A DNA stretch of 64,000 bases, from positions 146,736-210,735 of the forward strand of contig CBDCDO010000001.1 in the NCBI GenBank assembly GCA_965215375.1. The letters run 5' to 3'. Position numbers and translations under genes: made by a program. Below, one piece after another: positions 54,129 through 63,107 of the stretch (position 1 is its first letter; each line of letters begins with the position of its first letter). The DNA comes from Dehalococcoidia bacterium. Its GTDB lineage: Bacteria; Chloroflexota; Dehalococcoidia; Bin125. Under the pieces are notes generated by a model. That model did not search any database. It was not told the origin of the DNA and was given only the letters and a program-made list of their open reading frames with translations.

Positions 54129-54515
54129 ATGCCGATCCGAAAACCATGGAATCAGCCGACTGCGGAATCAATCCGGGCAATACCGGCTGTCGTCGGTGTG
54201 TACGAAATCGCCGATGCCGACGGCACACTGTTGTACATCGGTCAGGCGGGCGGTCGTGAGCCGTTCGGTCTGCGGACTCGGATTGGGCGGCATTTTGGCT
54301 TCGATCCGTCGGGCGACGATCCCAACCCCGTGCTGCGGGAGCAGGCGGCGCAGTATCGCTGGGAGGCGAACCAGCAGTACACGACCAAGCGATTGGAAAT
54401 GCTCATGCAGTACCAGCGCGACGAACGAGTCGAGTGGCCGCCCGCGCATCCCGCAGGAGACTGGACAGATCGGCCGCAACTCGGTCGGCTGCGTCGTTCT
54501 CAGCAAGTCGGCTAA
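54129..54515 (+). CDS. small GIY-YIG-like domain protein
   Basis: GVYEIADADGTLLYIGQAG...GLRTRIGRH matches the GIY-(x9-11)-YIG...R..H layout, with downstream Glu residues. The ATG at 54129 follows gaggtgag. Confidence 0.45.
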   Translation: MPIRKPWNQPTAESIRAIPAVVGVYEIADADGTLLYIGQAGGREPFGLRTRIGRHFGFDPSGDDPNPVLREQAAQYRWEANQQYTTKRLEMLMQYQRDERVEWPPAHPAGDWTDRPQLGRLRRSQQVG

Positions 54516-54537
54516 CACACTGTCGGAGGAGGTTCAC

Positions 54538-55707
54538 ATGGAAGTCCTAATGTCCGAAGAGCAGCGGATGATCACGCAGGCCGTGAGACGGTTTGTACGT
54601 GAGGAAGTGCAACCGCTCGAACGTGACTTGGACCCCGACGCGGTCGAGCTTCCTCCGGGCGAGCTCGACCGGCTCAAGGGGATCGTCCAGCAGATGGGGC
54701 TGTACCACATCGACGTGCCCGAGGACTATGGCGGCCCAGGTCTTCCGCTGACGACCCGCGGATTGGTAGCGGAAGAGATGGCGCAGCATCGCGCAGGACT
54801 TTATCTGCCTTGCTATGGCGCGTTCGGGTCGGCTGGGCTGGCACAGCTCTATGCCGCGTCTGACGACCAGAAAGAGCGATACCTGTACCCAATGCTCGAG
54901 GGCGAAAAGCGAGCGTTCTTTGGTCTGACCGAGCCGTCGGGCGGTTCAGACCCGGCTCGGGCAATCCAGACCAAAGCGGTCAAGGACGGCGACGACTGGA
55001 TCCTCAACGGATCGAAGCTGTTCAGCTCTGGCGCCGATCGTGCGGACTTCGGCCTCGTCTTTGCTCGCACGGATCCGAGCAAGGGTCGTCGCGGTATCTC
55101 CGCCTTCCTGGTCGATACGGATTCACCTGGCTTCGAGGTGCGACGCGTCGTCCATACGCTGAGGTCGGCGAACTATGGGACTGAGCTCTCGTTCGACGAT
55201 GTGCGGGTGCCGGCCGCCAACCTCGTCGGCGAGGAAGGTGGCGGGTTCGCCCTCGCCAACAACAATCTGACGCGACAGCGGATTCCGTACTCGGCGACCT
55301 GTGTCGGCATTGCCGTGGCAGCGCAGGAGATGGCGATTTCATACTCGCAACAACGTGAGACGTTCGGGGCTGCATTGGCCTCGCGTCAGGCGATTCAGTG
55401 GATGATCGTCGACAACGAGATTGATATTCGTACGGGTCGGATGATGTACCTCGCCGCGGCTGAGAAGGCCGAGCAGGACGAGCCGTTCCGATTCGAGGCG
55501 GCGATGGCAAAGCTCACAACGACCGAGGGCGCGAGTCGCGTCGTCGATCGGGCGATTCAGATTCACGGCGGCATCGGCGTGACCAAGGACCTGCCGCTCG
55601 AGCGTTGGTATCGGGAGATGCGGATTCGCAGAATCGGCGAGGGTCCGTCCGAGGTGCAGCGAATCATCATGGCGCGCGACCTCCTCGGTCGCGGAAGCAG
55701 CGGCTAG
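54538..55707 (+). CDS. acyl-CoA dehydrogenase
   Basis: Typical ACAD pattern (FGLTEPSGGSDP, QIHGGIG, EGPSEVQR). The ATG at 54538 follows ggaggagg. Confidence 0.9.
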   Translation: MEVLMSEEQRMITQAVRRFVREEVQPLERDLDPDAVELPPGELDRLKGIVQQMGLYHIDVPEDYGGPGLPLTTRGLVAEEMAQHRAGLYLPCYGAFGSAGLAQLYAASDDQKERYLYPMLEGEKRAFFGLTEPSGGSDPARAIQTKAVKDGDDWILNGSKLFSSGADRADFGLVFARTDPSKGRRGISAFLVDTDSPGFEVRRVVHTLRSANYGTELSFDDVRVPAANLVGEEGGGFALANNNLTRQRIPYSATCVGIAVAAQEMAISYSQQRETFGAALASRQAIQWMIVDNEIDIRTGRMMYLAAAEKAEQDEPFRFEAAMAKLTTTEGASRVVDRAIQIHGGIGVTKDLPLERWYREMRIRRIGEGPSEVQRIIMARDLLGRGSSG

Positions 55708-55786
55708 GCGAATGGTCCCTCCCCTCACTGGAGGACGGGACAGGGTTTGGGCGATTAGCCTGAGCCGAGTGAAGAGGAGCTGAACG

Positions 55787-56548
55787 ATGAGCGAGATAAT
55801 CGATGTCGCAGTGGACGGCGCAGTTCGCACGGTGACACTAAACCGACCCGAAAAGCGCAATGCGCTGAACTCGGAAATGCTGACCCGTCTGCATGCGGCG
55901 TTCAGCGGAGAGCCGTCGTCCGAGGAGCGTGTCGCCGTAATTCGCGCCAATGGACCGGTCTTCTGCGCCGGGCTCGACCTGCGCGAGCGTGAGGAAGGCT
56001 TGCCAGGCGTTGAGGTCAGCATTGAGCAGATGCTCGACGCCATCCAACATTGGCCGCTGCCAGTGGTTGCGGTGGTTCAGGGTGACGCCATCGCTGGTGG
56101 CAATGAGCTCGCCCTGCATTGCGACTTCGTCGTCGCCGATGTCGAGGCCAAGTTTGGGATGTCGCTCGCGCAAATCGGATTGGCGCCGACCTGGTTCCTC
56201 GCGAAGAAGCTCCTCGAAATCGGCGGGCCAGTGGCAACTCGAGAAATGCTCCTCTTAGGAGATCGGATTCCTGCCTGGCGGATGCACGAGTGGGGCATGA
56301 TCTCGAGGGTCGCCTCGACCGAGGAACTTGAGGACACAGCCCATGCGATCGTCGATCGACTGAGTCGCAACGCACCGCTCAGCCTGCGTGCGATGAAGGC
56401 CCTAATCGTCCGCGAGATGGACTTCCGCGACCAGATCGAGCACGACGACGTCGACGCGCTGGTCGAAAGGGCAAGGTCATCGCAAGACGCCAGAGAGGGA
56501 ATCCGAGCCCTCTTCGAGCGTCGACCAGCCCAGTTCGCGGGGGAGTAA
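55787..56548 (+). CDS. enoyl-CoA hydratase/isomerase (crotonase) family
   Basis: TLNRPEKRNAL, FCAGLDL and GDAIAGGNELALHCD. Confidence 0.9.
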   Translation: MSEIIDVAVDGAVRTVTLNRPEKRNALNSEMLTRLHAAFSGEPSSEERVAVIRANGPVFCAGLDLREREEGLPGVEVSIEQMLDAIQHWPLPVVAVVQGDAIAGGNELALHCDFVVADVEAKFGMSLAQIGLAPTWFLAKKLLEIGGPVATREMLLLGDRIPAWRMHEWGMISRVASTEELEDTAHAIVDRLSRNAPLSLRAMKALIVREMDFRDQIEHDDVDALVERARSSQDAREGIRALFERRPAQFAGE

Positions 56549-56738
56549 CGTTCAGTTGACACCCCCAGGAGACTATGAGTACGATGATTGTGCGCTGGTG
56601 GGGTCTGCTCCCGAATCATGCCAGGCAGGCGAGGCATGTCCTAGCTAGTCATGATAGGGCAAGGATAGGCGCCCGCACACTTGTTTGCCTCGCTCTCCGG
56701 CGTAGCGCACCGGACGGCGGGGCCTCCTCCAACGAGTC

Positions 56739-57377
56739 ATGGCTCCATTACGTCTTGTAGTCTTTATCGACTATCAGAATGTGCACAACGGGGCTCGCGA
56801 CTCCTTCCATGAATCTGATGCCAAGGCTTCAGACGGTCAAATCTCGCCGAGAGCACTTGGTGAGCTACTGACTTCTCGAACCACACCATTTCGGCGAATG
56901 CAGCCAATTTCCCTAAGTCAAGTTCGAGTCTACCGAGGGAGACCGACACGGAAGCACGCAAACCATGACGCATGGCAACGGCAGGTCGGCTCGTGGAGTG
57001 ATCCGAAAGTCATAGTGGTATCTCGAGAACTCCGAGGTAGCGGTAAGCGTTGGCGAGAAAAAGGCATTGACATTGAGTTAGCTCTGGACTTCTATAGTAT
57101 GGCACGAAATGGGGAGTTCGATATCGGCGCGATCTTCAGTATGGATCACGACTTCGCCCCAGCGATCGAGCGGGTAAGCAAGGAAACATCGGAGCCAACA
57201 ATCGAGACCGTGGTCTGGCGTAAACGCAATGTCGAGAGGGCTCCTACGATTGTTGGAGACGACTTTCGCCAACGTCATTCCATATGGAATCATGAGCTGA
57301 CTGAAAGTGATTACAACGACGTTAGAGATTCGACGAATTACACCCTCAGCAGGGCGGCAAGAGGTAGGAGGCGATAG
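56739..57377 (+). CDS. NYN (LabA-like) domain protein
   Basis: VVFIDYQNVH at the N-terminus and EKGIDIELALDF centrally, the acidic motifs of the NYN/PIN-like fold. AT-richer than the flanks. Confidence 0.65.
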   Translation: MAPLRLVVFIDYQNVHNGARDSFHESDAKASDGQISPRALGELLTSRTTPFRRMQPISLSQVRVYRGRPTRKHANHDAWQRQVGSWSDPKVIVVSRELRGSGKRWREKGIDIELALDFYSMARNGEFDIGAIFSMDHDFAPAIERVSKETSEPTIETVVWRKRNVERAPTIVGDDFRQRHSIWNHELTESDYNDVRDSTNYTLSRAARGRRR

Positions 57378-57675
57378 TACTTCATTCCCATGCTTACCTG
57401 CTCACCCCTGCGTTTGCCTGTTAGGCCCGAGTTTCCCGCAGCCTGTGTGGGACTGACAGGTTGGTGGAAGGCGAATCCATCGAGAACATCATTAGCTCGA
57501 GGATCATAGAGTACGGCTTGGTTGGGTGAGACCTCCAAGGATGGGCTGCTGCTCAGCTGACGAATGGTGGGTCGTTGGGACGGCGGAAGGCGAAGTTTCC
57601 GTTTCCTCCCTCGAAGGCTCCTTCGACCACGCTCGCCGTTGGTACGACCGCCGGATTCACGATTGGTAACGTCAG

Positions 57676-59445
57676 CTAGGCGGCGCGCTCTCCGCCGACC
57701 GTGATGGTGAGCGTTGCTTCGTCTCCCTCGGTCGGGACGACGAGGTTGTCTGCGTCGGCAGCGGCGATGGTCAGTCGGATCCGTTCGCCGGCGCGCACGA
57801 TGGATGAGATTGGGTAGAGCTCGACCTCGAGGTCCATCGGCGTGTTGGGCTCGACGTCGGCGAGGTCACCCTTGCTCCAGCTGTGCCACACGGGACCCTC
57901 GTGCCCGCCCGGATCGTCGCCGACGCGGCGATGGGCGAAGTTGAGAAACCCCTCCGAGAGGTAGGCGGCTGATCCATCCTCGGCGATTTGCTCGAGCGTG
58001 AGCACTACCGCGCCACGGTCGGAGCTGGTCGTAACTTCGAGTTGGACCGCTGGCCAACCAGTGATCTCAACATCGGCGGGCAGCGGATCGGTCGTGAAGC
58101 TGAGGCACTGCTCGGCTCGAGTATTGAGGTCGATGGTGTTGATGAAGGGGTCGTACAAGTAGTAGCTGTGCCGAGTGAGGGGACCGAGCGTCACGTCGTG
58201 GTCGACCTCATACTGAAAGGTGGATGACTCACGAGCCGGGACATCCGAGAGGCCACCGTCGACCGCGAGCCACAGGGTCCGTTCTCGCGCCTCGGGCAGC
58301 GGCAGCCGAGGTGCAGATTTCCAGGTGGTCTCGCCGCTCGGATGGCTGGCGCCGTAGTGGACTGCCGATTCATCCATCACACCGTTGTCGACATCGCGAA
58401 GCCAATAGTCGAACCAGCGCAGGAGCTCCGGATCACCGCCCTGGCCGTGATTCCAGGGGCCAACGATCAGCTTCTTGGGCACGTCAAGGCGGTTGAATGC
58501 GTCGATCAGGTAGCCGGGGAAGGTGAGGTCCCACCAACCGGTGACGATGTAGGTCGGCACACCGCTCTCATTGATCAGGTCGCAGGAGTCGAACCAGCCA
58601 CTGGCCACGTCGCCCAGACCGAGATCAGGACGAGGGCGTCGGCGATTCAGTCCGTCGAAGGACGACATCCGCGTGACATCGCGGGGGTCCATTTCCGAGA
58701 AGGTTTCGACCCAGCGGTAACTATCGGGCGAGTGGGAGGCGATGGCATCGTCGCGGAGCGTCTCGGCATCGGATCCCTCGACGGGTGCGGCGGGCTCATT
58801 CTCTGAGATTCCTTTGTGGAGCTGCTCCCAGACTCGGGCGAAGCTGCTGATCGCCAGGCCGCCGTCGACATAACAGTGTGGCAGTCCCGGATATTGCGGC
58901 GCGATGCACTTGAGTCCCGCGGGCTGTTGGGCCGCGGTGAAGAACTGCATCATGCCTTCGTAGGAGATGCCGACCATGCCGACGCGGCCACTGGACCACT
59001 CCTGGTCGCAGATCCAATCGATCACAGCCGCGAGGTCGTGGCCGGCGAGCCAGGAATCGTTGTAGAGCTCGCCAAACGATGCGCCGGTGCCTCGGATGTC
59101 GACGGAAGCGAAGCGATAGCCATGGTGGATGAGGTCGCGGGCGATCGGTCGCTCCTCATACTGGGTCACCAGTTGTCCAGGTTCCACCGCGCTGAGCTCG
59201 TCCGCGTAGCGCGCGGTCGAGGTTCCCAGCCCGGTTCGGACGAAGGAGCGACGATAGGGCGTGGCGTGCAGCACGGTCGGCGACGGTGTCGCAATCCGCT
59301 GGCCCGACTTGGTGGGATGCAGCACATCGATCGCAATCCGACAGCCGTCGCCCATGGTGAGGTAGCGCGACTCGCGCTCGTAGCCATCGGCGACCTCCTC
59401 GGTGAAGTGTTCGTAGACGCCGAGCAGTGATCGCTGGTCTGACAT
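57676..59445 (-). CDS. CocE/NonD-family (S15 X-Pro dipeptidyl-peptidase-like) hydrolase
   Basis: GMVGISYEG nucleophile motif plus a C-terminal beta-sandwich region. Start chosen at ATG 59445, which follows gaggag. Confidence 0.8.
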   Translation of the reverse strand: MSDQRSLLGVYEHFTEEVADGYERESRYLTMGDGCRIAIDVLHPTKSGQRIATPSPTVLHATPYRRSFVRTGLGTSTARYADELSAVEPGQLVTQYEERPIARDLIHHGYRFASVDIRGTGASFGELYNDSWLAGHDLAAVIDWICDQEWSSGRVGMVGISYEGMMQFFTAAQQPAGLKCIAPQYPGLPHCYVDGGLAISSFARVWEQLHKGISENEPAAPVEGSDAETLRDDAIASHSPDSYRWVETFSEMDPRDVTRMSSFDGLNRRRPRPDLGLGDVASGWFDSCDLINESGVPTYIVTGWWDLTFPGYLIDAFNRLDVPKKLIVGPWNHGQGGDPELLRWFDYWLRDVDNGVMDESAVHYGASHPSGETTWKSAPRLPLPEARERTLWLAVDGGLSDVPARESSTFQYEVDHDVTLGPLTRHSYYLYDPFINTIDLNTRAEQCLSFTTDPLPADVEITGWPAVQLEVTTSSDRGAVVLTLEQIAEDGSAAYLSEGFLNFAHRRVGDDPGGHEGPVWHSWSKGDLADVEPNTPMDLEVELYPISSIVRAGERIRLTIAAADADNLVVPTEGDEATLTITVGGERAA

Positions 59446-59611
59446 TGGTCTCCTCACATCCAGATCTCGTTCGGATTGCGCGAGATTGCTACCCTCGGAG
59501 CTGATCGTAGGGCTCGTGGTGGGAATACTCTGAACAGAGTAACTGTGTAGTGGTTCGGTGCGAGATGCCACGTCGCACCGAGAGTGATCGGCGAGCGAAG
59601 GGTGTCTCCAA

Positions 59612-60007
59612 ATGGCAGATTCAGAAGAGCTACGAGGGACCTTGACCGGTGCGGAACGACGAATGTTGCTGAGCGACCTGCGAGTCTCCAACGAGCTCAG
59701 CTACATCTATCGGCGGTTGTTCCAGGCGTGCCTGATCCGAGCTGAGGCTCAGGATGAAGAGGTCATGGAGATGAATGTGCTGCTGACCGCGGTGATCGCG
59801 GCGCAGGTTCGGCTCAACGCCACGATCAATGAGCTGATGGAAGAGGTCGAACCGGAAGCGGTGAAAGCGTTGTTGCCCAAGGAGATCGTGCCGCTCAACG
59901 ACGAAGAGAATGACCCTGAGGCCGAAGATCTGCGCAAACAGCTTCTCGACCTCGCCGACTCCTTGGCGCCGCTGCGTCACCATCTGCTCTCGATCGGGGA
60001 GGAGTGA
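59612..60007 (+). CDS. hypothetical acidic helical protein
   Basis: 131-aa ORF upstream of the P450, predicted helical and Glu/Leu-rich. No recognisable motif. Confidence 0.35.
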   Translation: MADSEELRGTLTGAERRMLLSDLRVSNELSYIYRRLFQACLIRAEAQDEEVMEMNVLLTAVIAAQVRLNATINELMEEVEPEAVKALLPKEIVPLNDEENDPEAEDLRKQLLDLADSLAPLRHHLLSIGEE

Positions 60008-60062
60008 GGCACCGGTTTGAGACAGACTGGAGTGTGAGTTCGATACGCTGAGTCTTGAGCCG

Positions 60063-61358
60063 ATGCAGCCTGGGAGAGGACCGATCATGACGACGACCAT
60101 CACCCGCCTCGAACAGATCGACTTGGTCAGTCCTGAGCGCTATGCCACTGAGGGCTACCCGTGGGACGACTGGGCCCTGCTGCGTCGCGAGGCGCCGGTG
60201 TATCGGTGCGAGCAGCAGGGGGTCGCTCCGTTCTGGGCGATCACCAAGTATGACGACATTCAGGAAATCTCGCGAGACCCACAGACGTTCATCAGCAGTC
60301 AGCGACTGGTGATTCGCTCCGCAGGCGCGGGCGATGGCGGTGCCAACGATCCATCGTTGACCATCCCCAACTTGATCAACATGGATCCGCCCGAGCACGG
60401 CAAGTATCGCAACGCGACAAGTCGACGCTTCTCACCCCGTGGCATGCGTCTGCTCGAGGACCGGATCGACGAGATTGCCGAGGACGTGATCGACGATGCG
60501 GCAGCGCACCTGGTCAGCCAACTGACGAATCGGCGTGAGATGGATTTTGTGCGCGACGTCGCCGCGAAGATGCCGATGGCCGCGATCTGCGAGCTGCTGG
60601 CCGTCGAACGGGACTCGTGGGAGGACATCTTCGCCTACACGAACGAGTTCCTCGGCTCCGAAGATCCTGAGTATCAGAAGGGGCGGACACGTCGGGAAAC
60701 ATGGCAGTCGGGAATGCGCGGCCTGCAATCGTACTTCACGGCGCACATCGAGCGAAAGCGTCGGGAGCCCGACAACAGCGTGATGACGACGTTGGTCCAG
60801 GCCGAGATCGACGGCGAGCCGATGCCCGATCAGGAGATTCTCTCGTACGCGGTTCTGCTCATCCTGGCCGGCAATGAGACGACGCGGAACGCTACCTCGG
60901 GCGGGATGCAGGCATTGATTGAGCATCCCGAGGAGTTTGAACGGCTGCGGAATGATCCAGCAATGCTGGACAGCGCCGTCGAGGAGATGTTGCGCTGGAC
61001 GTCGCCGGTGGTGCACTTCGCTCGGACGGTGACGCAAGACACCGAGATTCGCGGCGTCCCAATCCGCGCTGGGGAAACTCTGGCGATGTGGTATCCATCG
61101 GCGAATCGTGACGAGGATGTCTTCGACGACCCTGACGCGTTCGACATTGGACGAAGTCCGAACGAGCACCTCGCATTCGGAGGCTTCGGCGAGCACTTCT
61201 GTCTGGGAGCCAACCTCGCAAGGCTCGAGATGCGCTCCGTCTTCCGTCACCTGATCGAGAAGCTAGAAGACTTCCAAGTCGAAGGAGAAGTCGAGCGCCT
61301 AGCATCCGGCCTCATCGGAGGAATCAAGCGTCTACCCGTAAGCTACCGGTCGGTGTGA
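60063..61358 (+). CDS. cytochrome P450
   Basis: Heme-thiolate motif FGGFGEHFCLG, EMLRW (ExxR) and AGNETT (I-helix). The start may be ATG 60087. Confidence 0.9.
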   Translation: MQPGRGPIMTTTITRLEQIDLVSPERYATEGYPWDDWALLRREAPVYRCEQQGVAPFWAITKYDDIQEISRDPQTFISSQRLVIRSAGAGDGGANDPSLTIPNLINMDPPEHGKYRNATSRRFSPRGMRLLEDRIDEIAEDVIDDAAAHLVSQLTNRREMDFVRDVAAKMPMAAICELLAVERDSWEDIFAYTNEFLGSEDPEYQKGRTRRETWQSGMRGLQSYFTAHIERKRREPDNSVMTTLVQAEIDGEPMPDQEILSYAVLLILAGNETTRNATSGGMQALIEHPEEFERLRNDPAMLDSAVEEMLRWTSPVVHFARTVTQDTEIRGVPIRAGETLAMWYPSANRDEDVFDDPDAFDIGRSPNEHLAFGGFGEHFCLGANLARLEMRSVFRHLIEKLEDFQVEGEVERLASGLIGGIKRLPVSYRSV

Positions 61359-61380
61359 TGCGACGGTCCACATTAGAGCA

Positions 61381-62952
61381 CTAACGACTGTTGTCGTTCG
61401 TCCAGTGAAGATCGTCAAGGACTGAGATGAGCGTGTTGGGCATAGAGTGTCCGGCGATGTTGAGGCTGATGGCAGTCACGATCGTCTCCATGAGGATTGC
61501 ATCCTGGTGTTCCGCGTCACGCAGCAGAGGGTGTTCGCTGTTGAGCTGCAATTCCTGCTTCCCTGACTCGTTGGCGACCCACTGATATCTGGGCTGCTGA
61601 CTCCCAAGTCGCTTCAGCGTGATGGGAGGCAAACGTGTACCAGCTAGTTGGTCAATGAGCGACTGCGACTCTGGCGTGCGCACAGTGTCTTCTTCGTGAA
61701 GACTTGTTAGCGACGCTTCGACGCGTGCTTGTGCTTGGGTGATCAGTTCGTCTCCGGTGAACCACCCGATCAGTTTGGAAGACGATGACTTTGATGGAGG
61801 GGAACCTGTCCTTCCAGTCGCGCCTCTTCGCTCCTTTGGTTTAGTCGGCTTGGACGGCGTGTTCGGCTGGGCGGGTTTGGGCTGGCTGGACCTCGCGCCT
61901 CTACTTGTTTGACTTTGCTTGTCGCTGCTCGTACCCTCCAGCTCCTTGATCGTTTCGCGAATCAGTGGTTCCATCAGGGTATGTATACCCCGCCAACCTG
62001 GACTATCGGTGTCCCAACCCTCCTTGTTCTGTGTCGGTACGAGTCCGCTTCCAGTGATTGAGATTTCTCCGTAAAGGCGCTGACTTGGTCCTCTTCCAGC
62101 GAGATGGTGGCCGAAGGACTCGCCATACGTGATTGTACGGCCGTTGAAGTCTGTGCGTATACCCATGTAACTGTGTGTTTTGGTCTTCGCGCGCAATCTG
62201 TTTCGGTCGATTCCACCAATTCTCCCTGAGATGATGACATCTTCTGCGACTTCGGTCGAGGGGATCTCGTGCGGTTCCGTTCCGCTCAACCACGGGATGT
62301 CGGGAGCGGAAATTGATTCGCTCTCATTTTCGCTACGGACGTTGATGGTCAGTACGCCCTTTCGCAGGAGGGTCTGATAGGTCTCCGCGATGTTGACCTT
62401 AAGTACAGATATATTGTAGCGTCGCTTCTTCAGGCCACTGAGTGTAAACTGTGTGAAGCCCATTCCGTCATCGGGAATGCGGAGCTGACCTGCCGAAGAA
62501 ACATCGGACACGTGTCGACGAGTGATACGTGGCGTTACGATGTCTTTCCGAGTTCCCCACTCAGGGTCTTCAAAGTGCCAAACCTCAGGTTCTTCAGCAC
62601 GTCGGCAATTGATCTGCAAGCTTCTTGCCAGAAAGATGCAAGCTAGCTTTCCACCTAGGTGATACTGGCCAATGTCGGCGGCATCGTGATCATGACCTTC
62701 ACCCCATCTCAACCAGTCGGAAAGCGAGTCGCGGTTCATGCCCTCTCCACCAACGTCTCTGACTATGACCCGATCGTCTTCCTTGTCAACAATCACGTCG
62801 ATACCTAGGTGGCGATTGCCTCTGTAGTCGATTGGATTGTCGATCAGTTCCATCAAGGCCTTCGCGACGGATGTGTAGTTGCTGGCCACGGCTAACATGG
62901 CGCTTCTGCTGATCGATTCCTGTGGTTCCTTGGGCGGCATGGTGTTCTCCAT
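61381..62952 (-). CDS. GHKL-superfamily (HATPase_c_3 / MORC-like) ATPase with disordered linker and unknown C-terminal domain
   Basis: N box ELIDNPIDY, G1 box VRDVGGEGM and a G2-like IGQYHLGGKL. A Ser/Pro/Lys-rich linker is followed by a ~130-aa C-terminal domain. Visibly AT-richer than the flanks. Confidence 0.65.
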   Translation of the reverse strand: MENTMPPKEPQESISRSAMLAVASNYTSVAKALMELIDNPIDYRGNRHLGIDVIVDKEDDRVIVRDVGGEGMNRDSLSDWLRWGEGHDHDAADIGQYHLGGKLACIFLARSLQINCRRAEEPEVWHFEDPEWGTRKDIVTPRITRRHVSDVSSAGQLRIPDDGMGFTQFTLSGLKKRRYNISVLKVNIAETYQTLLRKGVLTINVRSENESESISAPDIPWLSGTEPHEIPSTEVAEDVIISGRIGGIDRNRLRAKTKTHSYMGIRTDFNGRTITYGESFGHHLAGRGPSQRLYGEISITGSGLVPTQNKEGWDTDSPGWRGIHTLMEPLIRETIKELEGTSSDKQSQTSRGARSSQPKPAQPNTPSKPTKPKERRGATGRTGSPPSKSSSSKLIGWFTGDELITQAQARVEASLTSLHEEDTVRTPESQSLIDQLAGTRLPPITLKRLGSQQPRYQWVANESGKQELQLNSEHPLLRDAEHQDAILMETIVTAISLNIAGHSMPNTLISVLDDLHWTNDNSR

Positions 62953-63107
62953 CGCAAACCGGGGTGGCGCCGGGATACTAAACGGATTTTGCCGTTACCG
63001 GAAGAGTGGAGCCTCCGAGCAGGTCCCCGCTCGGGGGCGGGGACGGGACACTGGTTGGACGAGCGTGTGTGTGAGCGAGCGGAGCTGGGGTGGCGACTCG
63101 GTTGGGT

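Noticed and set aside
57378-57675. Short minus-strand reading frames in the gap after the NYN gene that look vaguely protein-like (…GNFAFRRPNDPPFV…, …AVLYDPRANDVLDGFAFHQPV…).
   Set aside because: They are interrupted by stops, I can recognise no family, and they are too short to support a pseudogene call without a database search.
59446-59691. 82-codon N-terminal extension of the CocE/NonD hydrolase ORF (671 aa in the ORF track).
   Set aside because: The extension is Ser/Arg-rich and overlaps the divergent 59612..60007 ORF. A GAGGAG-preceded ATG at 59445 starts the conserved region.
63023-63044. Hairpin gtccccgc-tcgggg-gcggggac downstream of the minus-strand SDR gene, as a possible terminator.
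   Set aside because: It lies about 64 nt beyond the stop codon and has no U-tract. It cannot be distinguished from chance GC-rich pairing without transcript 3'-end data.
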